Shown piece by piece: positions 53,326 to 64,000 of a stretch of DNA of 64,000 nt. The position numbers and the translations under genes are program-made. Positions within the stretch are counted from its first letter, which is position 1, and the number at the start of each line of letters is the position of its first letter. Source of the stretch: Vicugna vicugna (lineage: Eukaryota); the NCBI GenBank assembly GCA_013265495.1, contig MU058418.1:2382917-2446916 (forward strand), in the 5' to 3' direction. The notes beneath the pieces are model-generated. The model worked only from the letters and a program-made list of their open reading frames with translations. It searched no databases and was not told the DNA's origin.

Positions 53326-53500
53326 TCAAGCTATTTGGAAAAAATAATTTAGATTAACCCTTCATACCATACAGTGAAAATAAATTCCATATGTGTATTA
53401 AGGAGTTAAACATTTTTATAAAACACAGAAAAAAACAGCAGAAAACAAAACTGAGTGATTATCAGATCTCTGGGAGATTAGTTAATTTAAGGCTATGAAG

Positions 53501-53890
53501 TGATCAAAGAAAAATAAGACAACAGACCCCAAATGGAGTTGTTTATGCTAAGCCCCATATCACAAAACCAAGACAATTACAGTTTCATCTTTCCCAGAAA
53601 TTAATCTTAAAGCAGTCAATCAGGAATTGACTGATCAGCACTAGTAGATAATCTGCTTGACAGACTCTGCCATTCCCTAAAGGAAAGTAACTTCGCAATA
53701 ACCAACTCACTTTTCTGCCTAGTATAACGTCCTTGTTCCTGTTCCCTTCTGCGTTTGAAAGTCTTTCATTTTTTATAGCTCCTCAGAACACCTTTCTATC
53801 TACTAGATTGGATGCTGCCTGATTCATGAATCATTGAATGAAACCAACAGGATTTTTAAAACTTGCTCAGCTGAATTTCGTTTTTTAACA
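53501..53890 (+). mobile_element. ERV1 solo LTR (MER34-like)
   Basis: TG...CA; CCCCAAATGGAGTTGTTTATGCTAAG near the 5' end, GGATGCTGCCTGATTCATGAATCATTGAAT near the 3' end; possible TSD GAAG/AAAG. Confidence 0.75.
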
Positions 53891-54369
53891 AAAGAAAGTA
53901 CAAAAGCAAAGATTCATAGAACTGACTACATAAAGGTATAATTGTTTGACAGGACAAAACTGAAAGAAAATATCAGATTAGGGAAATTGTTTTTATTAAA
54001 AGTCCAAAGGATTAATATTTATATTACATGAAGAACTCATGAAGATTTATTAAGAAAACATTAAGACTCCGACTTATAAATGAGAAATGACACATATAAT
54101 CCACATAAGGAGAGACATATTAGCAAAATACATATGAAAAAAAGTTCCCATCTCCCTCAGTCACCTAAAATAACCACCAAAACAAAATATTAACATAAGA
54201 GGAAAGAACTAGGTTATGTGCATCAAATTGGCAAAACATAGAAAATCTGAAAAACTCAATGTAGATGAGACTGATAAAACTTGTGTATTTGTATATTGCT
54301 GTGTTACTGAAATTTGATACAGAACTTTGAACTTTGCAAATCATTTTGCCAATGTTCAAATCTTTTTTG

Positions 54370-54881
54370 TGTATAGTGTATGTATATATATTTTAATTCT
54401 CTGTATATTATGAATATCTTGGCATCTTTAAAAAAATCTTTCTGGCTAGGGAGAGACTGCCTTCCTGGCTGTCCAATTCTTAGAGATAGCAGAGGACACA
54501 GCAGGGAACATACCTTTGATATGCAAACTAGCCATTCCAGTCCTCTATCTAGCCTGTGCACGGAAGGCGATATTCCCCTGCCTTAAGTATCCCAGGGTAA
54601 TTAGGGACCACCTCTATAGACCAAAGCCTGCTGAAATTATCTCAACTAGCCAATCCTAAACTGCTAACCCTGCCCTGCCTTGCCTTTCCCGTGGAAATAA
54701 AGGCTTCTCCCCATTCCATCATCTGCTTCCTGACAATCCTGGTGTTTTCCACAAGTCCCAGTGTGGCATGCAGTGCCTCCTGTCTCTAAAACCTGTTAGC
54801 ATAATAAACTTTCTTTTTTCCTGAGCCTCTTTCCTCTTGAGGCCACACATGACTGACTATCTCATAAAAGAATACAAAACA
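54370..54881 (+). mobile_element. ERVL solo LTR (MER73/74-like)
   Basis: CCAATTCTTAGAGATAGCA...ATATGCAAACTAGCCATTCCAG...AATAAAC; homologous to the reverse of 45754-46295. Confidence 0.78.
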
Positions 54882-55574
54882 CCCTGAAATACCATTTGAG
54901 GAAAATATTCCAAAAGAAAAAAGACGTGTTTTGCTGCAGCATTATCTATAATAGTGAAACAACTGGAAACAACCAAAATGTACAATGGCAGGGAAATAAT
55001 TAACCAGCTTATGCTATGCATAATTAACACGTTATCATTTAAAAAGACAATTATGAATAATTGTAAAAACATGACATAATTATATGTAAGATTAGCATAA
55101 AAGCAGCATATATAAGCACAAAATAATGAAAACAGTTTTTGGTATGCTGTGTTGCGAAACAGTGTGAGTCAATTTCTTTTCATTCTATATTAGCAGCTAT
55201 TAATAATGTTATCTTGTCAATGTAATTTAAAATTTTAAAGTTTTATAGCTAATAAATATAAGTATCTTCTAACATTAAGGAATATAGGTACCTCAAGAAT
55301 ATAATATGAAAACATTAGTACCCATTTAAATTATTACTTTTCATCCTTTTATTTAGTTAAAATATAAAATGGAAGAGATCTTTTCTAGAATTAATGTCTA
55401 TTTTAATACGATTTTTAAACTGTCAGTATTTTTAAGAATGATGACTAGAGTGGTGAATACCAGTCTTCCCCAACTGGAATACTTTCTATGGTCCATGATG
55501 CCCTGGAAGAATTCAGTGCCCCAGCTCTGGATTCCCACAATTCTTCACTTCTCTGCTAGATATTAAAGAGACCA

Positions 55575-56825
55575 TCTCATGGCAACAATTTTTTGAATAT
55601 GACACTCAAAGCACAAACAACAAAGGCAAAATTAAATAATTTGGACTGCAGCAAACTAAAAAGCATCTGCAGAGCCGAAGAAATAACCAACAAAATGAAC
55701 AGGCAACCTACGGAATGACAGAAAACATTTGTGAACCATATTGATAAAGGGTTAATACCCAAAATATATAAGGAAGTCATATAACTCAATAGCAAAAATC
55801 AAGTAACCCAATTTAAAAACAGGCAAAGGACCTGAAAAGACACTAAAAAATATTCAAATGGTCAGTGCATACCTGAACATCACGTACTCAACATCACTGA
55901 CCATGAGGGAAATGCAATTCAAAACCACAATGAGATATCACCTCAGATCTGTTAGGATGGTTATATCAAAAAGACAAGAGATAACAAATGCTGGCAAGGA
56001 TGTGGAGAAAGGGGAATATTTGTACACTTTTGGTAGGAATGTAAATTAGTGTAGTCACTATGGAAAACAGTGTGGAGGTTTCTCAAAAAATTAAGAAATA
56101 AAATATGATCTAGCAATCCCACTTCTAGGTATATATCTGAAGGAAATGAAATCAGTATCTTGAAGAAATATCTGCACCTCTATGTTCACTACAATATTAT
56201 TTACAAAAGCCAACATGGAAAATACGGAAGCAGCCTGTGTCCATGAATAGATGAATGGATAAAGAAATGTGGCACGTGAGCATGCACGTGCACGCACGCG
56301 CACACACACACACACCAGGAATATTATTCAGCCATGAGGAAGAATGAAATCCTGCCATTTGTGATAACATGGATGAAACCTGAGCATAGTAAGCTAAGAA
56401 AAATAAGTCTGACAGAGAAAGACAAATAGTGAATGATCTCACTTAAATTTGGAAATCTAAAAAGAACCAAATCATAGAAACAGAACAGATTAGTAGTTGC
56501 CAAGGGCAAGGAGTGTGGGTGGGGAAATTGGTGTAGGTGGTCAAGTGGTACAAACTTCCAGTTACGAGGTGAATAAGTTCTGGGATGTAATGTATAGCAC
56601 AATGACTACAGTTAATAATACTGTATTATATATATTCTAAAGTTGCAAAGAGAGTAAATTTTAAAAGTTCTCACCACACACACAAAACTGTAACCATGTG
56701 AGGTGATGGATGTGATAACCTTATTGTGGTAACCATTTTGCAATACATACATATATAAAATCACCACATTGTATACCTTAAATATACACTATGACCTGTG
56801 TCAATTCTATCTCAATAAAGCTGTG
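55575..56825 (+). mobile_element. L1MA9/10-like ORF2 end + 3'UTR
   Basis: Degenerate ORF2 ([17 protein letters not shown]) and 3'UTR ending TATCTCAATAAAGCTG. Confidence 0.88.
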
Positions 56826-57865
56826 GGGGACAAGGGATACTTCTGAGACTGAGGGACAGTGAAATCTGGACTGGGTTCAAAACCTGGCAAATTCATGATT
56901 TCCAAGTTGGTCAGGAGCTGAAAAGAACTAAGTTTTCAGGGCATTTCACACATAGCCTAAGACACAATTTTTACAAAGTCTAAAATGATAATAATAATAA
57001 TAAGCATTCAGATTCCCTGACAGAACTTCTGTAAATTTACATCAAAAAGTCTCCTTTTTGCCTAACAACTCTTCCCAGAGAGCTGATGTGATAAACACAC
57101 CATTTTTAGCAACAGGCTTGTTTTCTCTTATGACCATTGTGTTTACACTGTGATTATGTTCTCTTTTTCCTTCGATTGCTAGGAAGCTCAAAGTCATTTT
57201 GCAGTCCACTTCTGCTGTTGTACAGGACTTCAATGGTTGATGGCTATTTCAGTGTTTTCACCTCACCCCTAACATTACTTTCTTTTCATTCCATCATTTT
57301 CCTTTTTTTCAGTTTCTTTAACTACTTATGTTTTATCCTGTTATAAATAATTCTATAAACTTTTTTTTGAAAGGAGGAAGCACACAGATTAACCAAATAT
57401 TAAATCATGCCTGTTGTCAGAGTTCCTGAGTCTATCCCTTTTGACATTTTACAAACTGAAGAAATACAGCTGGGGACAGGTGCTCCGACCACCCTGAGTG
57501 CCCCTGACATGCTCTCTTATTAGAAATGCTTTAAGAAATTCAACTCTTCATCGAAGCCATGCCTGATTTGAGCCCTAAAACCACCCCCACAACATTGACC
57601 AATTTACTCAGTCCTTTTAAAAAGTGGAATTAATATTTTTTAAAAAAACAACTTGTATATGTATACATAAGTATGTATACATATATATACATATGTATAC
57701 ACATACATATGTATACACTGATTTTAGATATGAGACTCACAGCTCACCCTCTCCCAGAAATACACCAAGAATTACATCCACAAACCCACTGAATTGCACA
57801 GAACACCTACTGAACTCTGGCAGAGTGTCTCTCGTTTCGAAATGAGGGAGGATTCTCAGAAAATC

Positions 57866-58058
57866 CGATAAACAACAAGTTTCTACTGTATAGCACAGGG
57901 AACTACATTTAATACCTTGTAATAGCCTATAAGGAAAACAATGTGAAAAGGAATATATATGTGTATACACACACTCACACAAACTGAATCATTATGCTGT
58001 ACACCAGAAATTAACAGAACATTGTAAATGGACTATACATCAATTAATAAAAAATAAA
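57866..58058 (+). mobile_element. Short L1 3'UTR fragment
   Basis: ATAAACAACAAG...TATAGCACAGGGAACTAC...AATAAA; same type as 53155-53325. Confidence 0.85.
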
Positions 58059-59963
58059 CTAAAATCAGTAGAAACAAGGAAAAAAGAATCATATAGTATG
58101 TACTATTATGTGCCTGGCATCTTTTATTCAGATTAATGCTTTTGAGATTCATCCATGTTGTATGTATCGGTAGTTCAATTATCTCCATCGATGAGCAGTA
58201 TTCCATTGTATGGATGCTCCACATTCTATTTATTCATTTGTTAATGGTTATTAGGGCTTTTCCAGTTTGGGGCTCTTATGAATAAAGCTGCTATGAACAT
58301 TTGCATAAAAATGTTGTTGTGGACATATATTTTCATTTCTTTTAGGTAAACACCCAGGAGTAGAATTGAAATGCTTGTTCAAATATTTTGCCCATTTTTT
58401 CATTGGATTCTTTGTCTTCTTATTGAGTTCTTTGTATCTTCTGAATACCGGCTTTTGTATAATGATTGACAGATACAGATATCCACAAAATATTCACAAA
58501 TATCTCTGTTTATATTTAATAATAGATACACTTCATATATTTGTGAACATAAATACAAATATTTAATTAATTTTATTAATATATTTTATATGCAATATAA
58601 TATATAAATATATTTACCTATGTAACTTATTTATAATATAAACATACATTTTAAAATATTTTATCCCAGTTTGTGGCTTGCCTTTTCATTTTCTTTATAT
58701 TATCTTTTGAAGAGCAGTTTTTTGTTTTGAACAAATCCAATTTTTTATGGTGTGATTTTTGTGTCCTAAGAATTCTTTGCCTACCCAAAAGTCACAAAGA
58801 TTTTCTCCTATGTTTTCTTCCAGCAGTTTTACAATTTTAGCTTTTTTATTAAGGCCGCTGATCCATTTTGAGTTAATGTTCGCATATGGTGCAACGTAAG
58901 ATTCTAGGTTTGTTTTTTTCCAAGTGGACACCAGCCTCATTTGTTGAAAAGACTATCCTTTCCCCCACTGAGTTACATTAGCATCTTTATTGAAAACCAA
59001 AGGACCATAAATGTGTGGTTCTATATCTGGGTATTTTTTCTGTGTCACTGATGGAAACCATTATCCTTATGGCAATACCACACTCCTCGATTACTGTAGC
59101 TGTGCAGTAAGTCTTGCAGTCAGGTAGAATAAAATCTCCAAATATGTTCTTTTTCAAAATACTTTGCCTATTCAAGGTCATTTTGTATTTTTATACAAAT
59201 TTCATAATCACCTTGTCAATTTCTATTTTTAAAAATGCTGGCTAGAATATTTATTTGAATTGTATTCATTGACTCCATTAATCAGCTTGGGGAGAACTGA
59301 CATCATAACAGTATTGAAGGTTCTAATCCATGAACATAAGTAATGAAAGGCTGTATGATTTCTAAAGTGCTGGGTATTTTAAAGTCCTGAGTGAATTTTC
59401 TGTTACCATGCTTTTTATATGTGTGCTTAATATTTCTCACTGTATGTTTGATATTACATTATTATATTTATTTAAAGAAAGCACTAAAATGTAATCAAGT
59501 AAATAATGTGCTTTGTATCTTAAGAGTGGCATAGTTCTTTATAGAGGTGTTTTAATTTTTCTCAGCAATGTTTCATCATTTGATGTGTACAGGGTTTGGA
59601 TACCTTTGCTAAATTTATACTTAAGTATTTTATCTTTTTTTGGATATTATTGTAAATAAATAAATGGGTTTTTTTTAATTTATATTCCAACTCATTGTTG
59701 CTAGCATACAAAAATACAATTAATTTTTGTATATTGGCGTTGTATTTAGCAACCCTGCTAAACTCAGTTTTTATTTCTAATCGCTTTTTGCTGATTCTTT
59801 AGGATAACCTACATATATGGTCATGTCATCTGCAAATAAAGATAATTTTACTTCTTGACACTTGAATTTGCATGGCCTTTGTTTTTCTTGCCTTATTGTA
59901 GTAGATAATATCTTCAGGAAAATACTGAATCAGAATTGTGATAGTGGATAGCCTTGCATTCTT

Positions 59964-60097
59964 TTTTTTTAACATTTTTTATTGAGTTATAGTCATTTTA
60001 CAATGCTGTGTCAAATTCCAGAGTAGAGAACAATTTTTCAATTATACATGAACATACATATATTCACTGCCATTTTTTTTTTTTTTTGCTGTGAGCT
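59964..60097 (-). mobile_element. Very short (~134 bp) young L1 3' tip
   Basis: Reverse complement matches 18902-19031; TSD CTTGCATTCTT 59953-59963 / CTTGCCTTCTT 60098-60108. Confidence 0.9.
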
Positions 60098-60176
60098 CTT
60101 GCCTTCTTGATATTAGGAAAAAAGTGTTTTCACCATTAAGTACGTTGTGCATCGCAGGATTTTTGTAAATGCCCTT

Positions 60177-60807
60177 TGTATATCGAGAGGCTTAACTCTG
60201 CAGTTCATCTGTGATGTCTCTGTGCTTATTTCTGAGGACACATGGAACCATGAAACTGACCCTTTGGCCAAGATAGGAATGGGACGTATTAGCTAGTAAT
60301 CTATAATGTGCCATTTAAAGTCCAAAACTTCCCTAGAGGCTCCCTGTATCAGCTTGTCTATATTGTTTATGGAAAAAGTATAGGCTGATGGCCTGAAATG
60401 GGTTTACTATGTACATAGCCTGGTTTTGGCTTTATGAGAGCAGAGAAAGGAAAACTAGCTTGTAATTTTTGGTGGTTATTGGTGGGGGCAGAGTGAGTTC
60501 GTGTGCAGAGGGTGAAGGGACTAGCATAGTTTGACCCTCCCAGCAGCAAATGAGGAAGGAGCATCTGGGTTTCCTACGTGCTTGTCCAGAGGGGGAACAC
60601 AAAGGGAAGAGGGAGAAGTGAAGCTTAAAAGCTATCAGAAGGCAAACAAAAAATGGAGTTGGGAGGAGGGTACAGCTCAGTGGTAGACTGCATGCTTAGC
60701 ATGTACGAGGTCTTGGTTTGATCCTCAGTATCTCCATTCAATCAATCAATCAATCAATCAAATTGTCTCCCTTCCTTCCCCTCCCCAAAATGGAGTCAGA
60801 CACACAT
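60177..60807 (-). mobile_element. ERV-like solo LTR interrupting the old L1 (family uncertain)
   Basis: GC shift inside L1 text; minus strand begins TGTGTGTCTGACTCCATTTT, resembling ERV1 LTR 5' ends. Confidence 0.55.
60660..60786 (+). mobile_element. tRNA-Ala-derived SINE (Vic-1-like) with (TCAA)n tail
   Basis: tRNA-like head; perfect TSD AAAATGGAGT 60650-60659 / 60787-60796. Confidence 0.9.
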
Positions 60808-62084
60808 GATGAATTTGTCCTTATTACCTAGCTGTTAAATTTAGTGATATCAAATTATCTACAATATTCCTTTAGTATCACTTTAATTACTATGGAATCT
60901 CTAGTGATGTTTCCTCTTTCATGCCTCATATTGGCAGTTTGTGCTCTTTTTTGCTTGATTGGTCTAGCTATAGGATTATCAGTTTTATTTAGTCTTTCAA
61001 AGAACCAGCTTTTGGTTTTACTAATTTTATTTATTATTTATTCATTCTCTGTTTCATCAATTTTCTCTATATTATTTCCATTCTTCTCTCTTCTTTATAT
61101 TTATTTGTATTTTTCTAGCTTCTTTAGATGAAAGCTTAGATTGTTCAATTTAGATATTTTTTCTTCCAGCATTATTGAGGTATGATCAATAAATTAAAAA
61201 TTGTATATATTTAGGTGTATAGCAGGATGTTTTTATATACATATTCATTGTATTATCTTTCTTCTTTATTAATACAAGTATTTAAAGCTAAAAGTTTCCT
61301 TCTAGACTTTGCTTTAGCCTCACCCCATACACTTTGATAACTGTATTTTCATTATCATTCAGTTACAACTATTTTCTTATTCTCTTCTGGTTTGTTCTTT
61401 GACCCATAGATTGTTTTTTAAAAATGTCATTTAATTCCAAATATTTGGAGAGTTTGCAGTTTTCATTAGTGACTTATTTAATTTTGTTGTGGCCCAAGAA
61501 TTCAGTCCTTTTAATTTATAGAGACATCATTAATGGCCAGCACGTGGCTTTCTCTGGTGAATGATCCACGTGTACTTGAAAAGGATGAGTGTTCTGCTGT
61601 AGTTGGGTGGAGTGCTCTATAAATGGTGGCAACTTTGGACTGAGTGGTCAGGAAGGGCTTTTCAGGGAAGGTAGAGTTAAAATTTGTAAATAAAAAAAGA
61701 ACCAATCAGGTAGAGACCAGGTAGAGACAGACTGGACAGAGGGAGTGGCTGATACGAAGACACTGAGATGAGAGATGGGCCCTGTAGTAACTGCCACCAG
61801 AGGACAATAACCTCCTCACAACCCATGCCCACTCAGCTTTTGGAGAGCTGCTGCCACATCTGGACTGGTGCTTTATATCCATGGTCCTCCTTTCCCCCTG
61901 ACCAAAGGCTGGTGGAACTGAAGGGACTGGCATTGGGTCACCCAAGTGGCAGGCCTGCCTCTGGTCTTTGCCTCAGTTATGATTTCCAGACAGCTGTCTT
62001 ATTCCCAAGACTCATTAGAATAACAATAATCCTAAAATAATAAAGACATTATCACATGTTGTACCAAACACACATACAGCAGAT

Positions 62085-62255
62085 TCCACTTAATCCTCAT
62101 GACTGTATGAAGTAGGTGTCATTATCCCTTTGACATGTAAGGGAAGTGAATCTCACTGAGGCTGAGGAACTCGCCCAAGTTCATGAGGCTGGGAAGAGGC
62201 AGAGTTGGGTTTTGAGCCCCGAGAGCTCTGACTAAAAGCCCATGCTTCTAACCAT
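62085..62255 (-). mobile_element. MIR SINE remnant
   Basis: TTAATCCTCATGACTGTATGAAGTAGGTGTCATTATCCC...GGCAGAGTTGGGTTTTGAGCCC...CTGACTAAAAGCCCATGC. Confidence 0.7.
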
Positions 62256-63347
62256 TCGACAGCACTGCCTGTATCCACCCACCTGTCTATAAAGTTATGA
62301 TCCCTGAATGCCTGTCTCAGTACCAGTCTTGAAGCTGCCAAATTTCTCAGCACACTGAGCGTGGAGCCCTGCCGTGCTCCTGCTGATTCTCCCAGCCTGG
62401 ACACAGACACGGGACAGGAACCTGCTCTATCCTAGCATCTCCAACCCCACTGCGCCATCCTGGCCTGCACCTGGATGTCCCAGAGTCACAGCAGGGGCCG
62501 TAAACACTTCGCTGTACCAGTGGGATTCCAGTTTTGGCCTCCTGGCCTTGGCCTCCCTGACTAGGGCCTGGATCCAGTTCCAGGTCCTGGCCTCTCCCCC
62601 ATAGCCTCACGCCTTCTGGGCTCACTAGACTCTGGGTCTGACAAGATCCACAATGCCCCCAGCTTCCACCTTCTCCTGTAGTTCTGTGAGGTCTACAGTC
62701 CTGAGACTTATGGGAACTACACTTGCCCTGCACACCCTGAACGTCACCTGCAGTAGCAGATACCTAGTATTTTCATCAGAAACCCCATCAGCAAAATATG
62801 TTTGCACCTGTGCCCCCAGTAGATGTGCACCTAATTTTATGTAAACCATAAACATGAACTATTGGACCAGTACATTATATACTTCACAAAGCACAAAAAA
62901 TATGGAAAGTGCTAAACATGAAAATGCTAAATTATAAAATAAAGCACTAATACATATTTAACATTTCATATATATAATATGCACACTATTATATGTACAC
63001 ACTAATATTGTATACATTATACAATATATACACTAATATTTTCCACCTTAAGAATATATATGTGTGTATGTGTACTGCATGTGTTTTATTTTCTTTCATT
63101 CTTTAACATTTTTTATATTTTGTGTGGTTTATAGAGTATACAATGTACTGGTACATGTCTACTAATATTTTGTATACCAAGGATTTTCACATGTTTCACA
63201 TGAAGGGTATGCCCGTCCTCTGGAGACCCCTTAACCACAGGAACCAGACCAAGCCCCAGAGGCTGACTTGCCACCTTCTCCACCCCAACCTAGACCTTTT
63301 CCTCTGTGAGGCAGCTTACTTCATCACTCCCCTCCATCCCAACACAT

Positions 63348-63545
63348 GCTTTAGAGTCAGAATAAACTGGGGTCAACTCCAGACGGCCACTTACCAGCTG
63401 TGTGACCATGGACAGTGTATGTGAACCAGAGAGTTGGCCTTGATTCTCATCTGTAAAACTGGGACAATAGCGCCAACTTTTCATGGTGGTTTTGGACAGA
63501 AAGAGGAACCACTTAGAAGGGGCCTGGCCAGTGAGGGCAGTCAGT
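63348..63545 (+). mobile_element. MIR SINE remnant
   Basis: GCTTTAGAGTCAGA...CCACTTACCAGCTGTGTGACCATGGACA...CTCATCTGTAAAACTGGGACAATA. Confidence 0.75.
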
Positions 63546-64000
63546 GAACGAACACCAACACTATCATTTTGCCAGGGGGCTCACTCCTGCCTCCAGCCGC
63601 TATTTATTCTGATCCATCCTGCTCTGCTGAGAGCCCCTTACTTGGTTCAAGGGCTACCTTTCCTGAGCACTCCTGCTCCCCCACTTTCCTAACCACTCAA
63701 ACTCCCCCATACTCTTCCTCCTCTGGGACCCTCTGCTCTTCTATACTTGGGCCTGGGCATCTGTAGATTACCAATTAACCATTTCTATCTACTCTAACCT
63801 CCCCATTCAGCTTGCTCGCTCCTCCCAGAGGGCAGGGGCTCCAGAGGTGGCATGGAGGTGTTGCTCGGCAAAGCAACTGGAGTGGACATGTGCACTCAAA
63901 TTGCGTGGCTCTGAAGTCCTCCTGAACCCCTATCTCTTGACATTTTACCACCCTCAGTCCACTTGCTGAAATCACAAGGTTGTGTTTGTCGGCCTGTGAA

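Larger units (their letters stand above)
58085..61625 (-). mobile_element. Old L1M remnant hosting several nested insertions
   Basis: Antisense L1 text throughout (AATAAAGCTGCTATGAACATT, TTTGTTGAAAAGACTATCC, TCAAAGAACCAGCTTTTGG). Confidence 0.82.

Noticed and set aside
63959..63971. CCACTTGCTGAAA resembling the missing RPLP0 3' region (PLAEK)
   Set aside because: About 13 nt only, flanks do not continue in RPLP0 sequence; likely chance.

Overview
Mammalian genomic DNA, most likely a camelid (inferred from three tRNA-Ala-derived SINEs resembling Vic-1; I saw no Alu-, B1- or BovB-like elements). The only clearly functional protein-coding gene is GPR6 (+, CDS 9835-10926, 363 aa, single coding exon). 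It has a CpG-rich promoter with a perfect CRE, a non-coding first exon carrying an 8-codon uORF, an intron (9201-9815) holding a consensus REST/RE1 site, and a short 3'UTR dense in miRNA-seed and Pumilio motifs. The rest is repeat-rich intergenic DNA: L1 of several ages, L2, MIR, MaLR/ERVL/ERV1 solo LTRs, hAT MITEs and microsatellites. The most unusual object is a young RPLP0 retrocopy (42878-43696) that does not fit classical retrotransposition. It is 3'-truncated, has no poly(A) or visible TSD, has codons ~192-244 inverted tail-to-tail, and its junction filler creates a stop that leaves a clean 194-aa ORF. Other oddities are an L1 with a probable 3' transduction, a double-tailed L1, two hAT elements sharing one target site, and a ~95-bp local duplication. 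I see no convincing wholly new multi-gene system. Repeat family names and comparisons with human sequences are from memory and need RepeatMasker/Dfam or alignment confirmation; boundaries of old repeats are approximate.
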